Source of the DNA: a virus | Lineage: Duplodnaviria; Caudoviricetes | Virus record (IMG/VR): IMGVR_UViG_3300033155_000947 | Coordinates: 1-60,041 of that record | Direction: 5' to 3' (one strand) | DNA: 60,041 nt | Shown: piece by piece, positions 56,641 to 60,041 of the stretch | Numbering within the stretch: the first letter of the stretch is position 1 | Layout: each line of letters begins with the position of its first letter | Translations under genes and position numbers: made by a program | The notes under the pieces: generated by a model | Seen by the model: the letters and a program-made list of their open reading frames with translations, nothing else | Database searches by the model: none | Told to the model about the DNA's origin: nothing

Positions 56641-57144
56641 ATGGCACTCAACGACATGACCGCAAACTTCTTAGATCAGAAGGAAGTGCAACGTAACAAC
56701 AATGCGCTTCTTACGATCGACGGTGTTATGAACAACGGCTCCCCACTGCAACTTGCGGTCGAGTCGTTCCCCATCCCTAAGACTACGTTGTCGACAATCG
56801 AAGCTCCGTTGCTTAACGAGAGTCGTAAGTACGCAGGCAAGCCGACATTCGACGACCTGTCCGTGGTCTTCAAAGACCTCATCGAGGTTGACATTGCGGG
56901 CGCCATCAACGCATGGTTTCAGACGGTGTACGACAGCAAGACCGGTAAAATCGGCTTCGCGCGTAATTACAAGCGCCAAGGCACTGCAGAATTGCTCGGC
57001 CCTGACGGCAGTAACACAGGCCGTGTCTATGAACTGCGTGGCGTCTTCCCTATTGCATTTGACCCCGGCGACATTGACATGTCGGGCGGTGACTACGTCA
57101 AGATCAACCTAACGCTGAGCATCGACAAAACACGCTTACGTTAA
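56641..57144 (+). CDS. tail tube protein (T4 gp19-like)
   Basis: KYAGKPTFDDLSV.F.D, W...VYD..TG, YKR, L.GVFP. Confidence 0.93.
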   Translation: MALNDMTANFLDQKEVQRNNNALLTIDGVMNNGSPLQLAVESFPIPKTTLSTIEAPLLNESRKYAGKPTFDDLSVVFKDLIEVDIAGAINAWFQTVYDSKTGKIGFARNYKRQGTAELLGPDGSNTGRVYELRGVFPIAFDPGDIDMSGGDYVKINLTLSIDKTRLR

Positions 57145-57257
57145 TTCAAAAGTAAACAGCCGTACAGGCCTTGACGGGCGGGTACGTGCATTTTCGTCAC
57201 GGGACAACGTCTCGTACTTACACATCGTTACACCCCTTTCAACGAATGGGAAACACT

Positions 57258-58064
57258 ATGGAACATACATGGATTGATTACCAACTACCCTCACAAGGAC
57301 GGTGGTATGGCGACAAACTGCCAGACGGCAAAGTCGCTATTCGTCAGCTCACGACACGTGAAGCGGCGCTCTTAGACAGTGACATGCTAAGCGCACTAGA
57401 CCGTACGAATCGTATTATCGACAACTGTGTCAAACTTCCGAACACTATCAAGCCCAGCGAGTTACTCACCAGTGACCGCTTTGCGCTGTTGTTAAACCAA
57501 CGGATTGCCACGTTCGGTCCTCACTACTCATTCAAATTGCCCGCAGGTGGTCGCCTCATCCCGCATACGGTGAACCTCATCCGAGACCTCACCGAGACCA
57601 CGCCCGACCGTGCCCTCGACGCCTGTCGTGAAGCGTACGACGAGGCGTCCGAAGAAGTCCGCGACGGCCTGTTTAAATGGGACGGGTCAGAGCCGTTCCG
57701 CATCACCCTCCCTGACTCCGGTGACGTACTCACACTACGCTTCTTACGAGGCGCAGATGAGTCGCAGATTATGACCACCGCCGCACGTGGCAAAGGCCAA
57801 CCGGGCGGAGGCGACGACGCCAAAATTGTACGCCTCACCACGCACTGCGTAAGCGTAGAAGACAAACCCGAGCTAGACGACGCATACAAACGAAGTCGCT
57901 ATATCCGAGATATGTCGTTCCGTGACAGCCTTGCAATCGAGCGGGCGCTTGAGGCGCGGGAAACCGGTATCGACACCTCCATTTCGATTGACTTACCCGG
58001 AAGGGGGCTGACGACCATTACTTTACCGATGGACGCAGAGTTCTTTCGCCCGTCCCGTCTGTGA
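57258..58064 (+). CDS. baseplate hub assembly / tail assembly chaperone (T4 gp26-like)
   Basis: LPSQGRWY, LTTREAALL, DRFALL..R..TFG..Y, LPDSG..L..RFL...DE, C-terminal EFFRP. Confidence 0.8.
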   Translation: MEHTWIDYQLPSQGRWYGDKLPDGKVAIRQLTTREAALLDSDMLSALDRTNRIIDNCVKLPNTIKPSELLTSDRFALLLNQRIATFGPHYSFKLPAGGRLIPHTVNLIRDLTETTPDRALDACREAYDEASEEVRDGLFKWDGSEPFRITLPDSGDVLTLRFLRGADESQIMTTAARGKGQPGGGDDAKIVRLTTHCVSVEDKPELDDAYKRSRYIRDMSFRDSLAIERALEARETGIDTSISIDLPGRGLTTITLPMDAEFFRPSRL

Positions 58065-58245
58065 TAAAGATATAATAGAATCACATGTATTCTTTATTCA
58101 GTACTACGGCAAAGGTTACGCCGCTCACACCGTTTGGGACATGTACCTTCCAGACTTATTTTCAGCCTCCAAGCGGTTGAAAGAGCAGTTAGACACCGAA
58201 AATGATGCCCACAGACGACAAGCGCAACAGACGCGCAGGAGATAA
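58045..58245 (+). CDS. +1-frame extension of the chaperone (second tail-assembly ORF)
   Basis: Open +1 frame ...DIIESHVFFIQYYGKGY...WDMYLPD...RLKEQLDTEN...TAA 58243; no start codon near its 5' end. Confidence 0.6.
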   Translation, partial: FARPVCDKDIIESHVFFIQYYGKGYAAHTVWDMYLPDLFSASKRLKEQLDTENDAHRRQAQQTRRR

Positions 58246-58247
58246 GT

Positions 58248-60041
58248 GTGAGCGCAGACCATGCCATTCAGTTCCTTCTCCAAGTAGAAGACCAGATAAC
58301 ACCTGCTATCAACAAGGTGGCGGGTAACTACGACAAAGCCGTATCAGCGGTCGAGGCGGCGAACGATCAGCTGTCAGCTACTTCGATGGACGTCGCTAAA
58401 GGGTTCGCGCAGGTCGCCAGCTCTGCGGAACGGATGGCGGACGATGTGTATGACGCTTACAGTAAGACACACGAGCGCATAACCAAGCTAGCCTCGAAGG
58501 CGATTAAACAAAAGATCGAGATTGAGGTGAGCGGGAGATCTTCGGCTAAACTTAGCGCCTCGATTAGCCGCGCCTTAGGGAAAGCTCTCGGAGGCGCTAA
58601 GATACGATTGAGCGCGTCCGCACCTTTGAAAAAGTCACCGCTGTTTGCCCACGACAAGGCTATGCGCGCCTACTACAAAGATATGCCACAACCACCCGAC
58701 ATGTCGGGTATTATCCGCGGACTGCCTAAATTCGCAGACGGTGGTATGGTTGAGGGACAGGCAGGGCAGTCGCCTCTCAAAGACTCGGTGATGGCTATGC
58801 TTCAGCCGGGCGAGTTTGTCATACCTAAAGACATGGTGCAGGCGCTCACGAAGTTCGGAGCCCAGACACAGGACGTGCCTGAAGATATATCAGAGACCAC
58901 AGCCAACGTGCTTAACCTCGTGAAGGCGCTCGACAACCTTAACGGTGACGAAGCGTTCAAAGGAAGCGCAAAAGGCGCGCAAATGTTCAGCGAAATGTCG
59001 GCAACCCTCACCGATGAGCTCGAGATCCTACGCCTGCAGGCGGAGACGCTGTCGAATGACGAATTCCCCGGCCTTCACCTTGCCACTACGGAGCTATCGA
59101 CCAAGGGTTTCATGGCGCTGGACGGGTCGGTTACGGACTTGAGCAAGTCTATGGACAAGATGGCCAAGGACACCAAGCAAGACATGCGACAGGCGTCTAA
59201 ATCGGTCGAAGACTTCGCGGACAAAGCCGTACCCGCGCTCGAAGACGTGAATGACCGTATGGACAGTATTGGCAACAATACAGGGTTCTTGACAGCCTTA
59301 GCCTCTAGCGCGGTTCTCACAGGTGATATAGCGCGCCAAGCCGGACAAGTTGCGGGCGAGGATACTATCGGGACGTTCACCGATGAAATGAACCACCTTA
59401 ATAACTCGCTTAACCTGAGCCGGCCAGCCTTGCGCGACCTCAAAAAGGAAACGCGAGAGTACGTCGCAGAGCTCGACAATGTCGATCTGTCCAAATTCGC
59501 TAATGCTATGGGCGCCGCCGCGCAGGTGGGCGCACGTGACCCTGCCATGTTACGTGAGCTCGCGACAACGGCGGCTATGATGCAGGAAATTGACGAAGGT
59601 ATCGACGCCTCTGCCATATCGCATATCGGGTGGGAGTTGCGAGACGGCCTGCATGCGAGCAACGAGCAGATGAATTCGATATTCGCCACTACAGCCAAAA
59701 TGCAGGAAGCGGGCGGTGGCCTAGGAGCCGGACAGCTCATTACCGACATGCAGGAGGCGATGGAGAAAATGGCTCCGTTTATGGAGCAGGCGACCACCGA
59801 GGCGAATGTGGCGTTGTTAAACGGTCTTGGCACCTTCCGGCAGTCGCTCGAACAGAATTTCATAGAGAGCGCGCCGCTAGCGGAGATCCTAACCGACGCT
59901 ATCGCAGGTAAAGATGACGCACTCGCACACACGGCTATGCTGTTGGGTGTGGGTACGTCCGATCAAGTGGCGTCACTGGTCGAAAGCGGAGAAGCTGTGG
60001 CGGTGCTAACCACCCGTATGACCGAGCTAGGGGTCACCTCC
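58248..60041 (+). CDS. tape measure protein (3'-truncated by the window)
   Basis: AGGAG then GTG 58248; Ala-rich helical frame running off the window; FADGGMV.G...DSVMAMLQPGEFVIP motif. Confidence 0.88.
   Translation, partial: MSADHAIQFLLQVEDQITPAINKVAGNYDKAVSAVEAANDQLSATSMDVAKGFAQVASSAERMADDVYDAYSKTHERITKLASKAIKQKIEIEVSGRSSAKLSASISRALGKALGGAKIRLSASAPLKKSPLFAHDKAMRAYYKDMPQPPDMSGIIRGLPKFADGGMVEGQAGQSPLKDSVMAMLQPGEFVIPKDMVQALTKFGAQTQDVPEDISETTANVLNLVKALDNLNGDEAFKGSAKGAQMFSEMSATLTDELEILRLQAETLSNDEFPGLHLATTELSTKGFMALDGSVTDLSKSMDKMAKDTKQDMRQASKSVEDFADKAVPALEDVNDRMDSIGNNTGFLTALASSAVLTGDIARQAGQVAGEDTIGTFTDEMNHLNNSLNLSRPALRDLKKETREYVAELDNVDLSKFANAMGAAAQVGARDPAMLRELATTAAMMQEIDEGIDASAISHIGWELRDGLHASNEQMNSIFATTAKMQEAGGGLGAGQLITDMQEAMEKMAPFMEQATTEANVALLNGLGTFRQSLEQNFIESAPLAEILTDAIAGKDDALAHTAMLLGVGTSDQVASLVESGEAVAVLTTRMTELGVTS

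Noticed and set aside
59075-59932. 285-aa minus-strand ORF and the many other antisense ORFs in the track
   Set aside because: Shadows of + strand genes (here the tape measure gene) with no recognisable motifs
1-60041. Stop-codon reassignment, tRNA genes, introns/inteins, portal or terminase
   Set aside because: Known genes are full length in the standard code; no cloverleaf, splice or intein motifs noticed; portal and terminase are not recognisable here and probably lie outside the window

Overview
A 60 kb segment of a large contractile-tailed dsDNA phage with a T4-superfamily-type virion module. Nearly all genes are on the + strand in the standard code; no tRNA, rRNA or CRISPR array was seen. 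1-22.7 kb is an early/accessory region: thyA, a MazG-like NTP pyrophosphatase, an i-type-like lysozyme, a thermonuclease, two DNA methyltransferases, an XRE regulator, two lipoproteins, peptide deformylase and many small ORFs, driven by repeated sigma70-type promoters. 22.7-26.1 kb holds a Cys-rich repeat protein and a glycosyltransferase-like/double-sulfotransferase fusion. 26-45 kb is a block of probable capsid-internal proteins. 45-60 kb runs prohead protease, major capsid, HNH, neck, tail terminator, sheath, tube, chaperone and a tape measure gene cut by the window end. Best candidate for a new system: a ~1730-aa polyprotein of about 14 small basic modules separated by repeated acidic (L/V/I)-x-E linkers that match T4-type prohead protease sites, next to kinase- and Nudix-bearing proteins carrying the same sites. 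Other highlights: an 8-copy palindrome (GTGACA-N3-TGTCAC) at promoters and inside genes, a small TacA-like antitoxin-mimic ORF, a Ser-less ACP-like protein and membrane-anchored dead-HNH proteins. Family assignments come from motif recognition by eye, not database searches.
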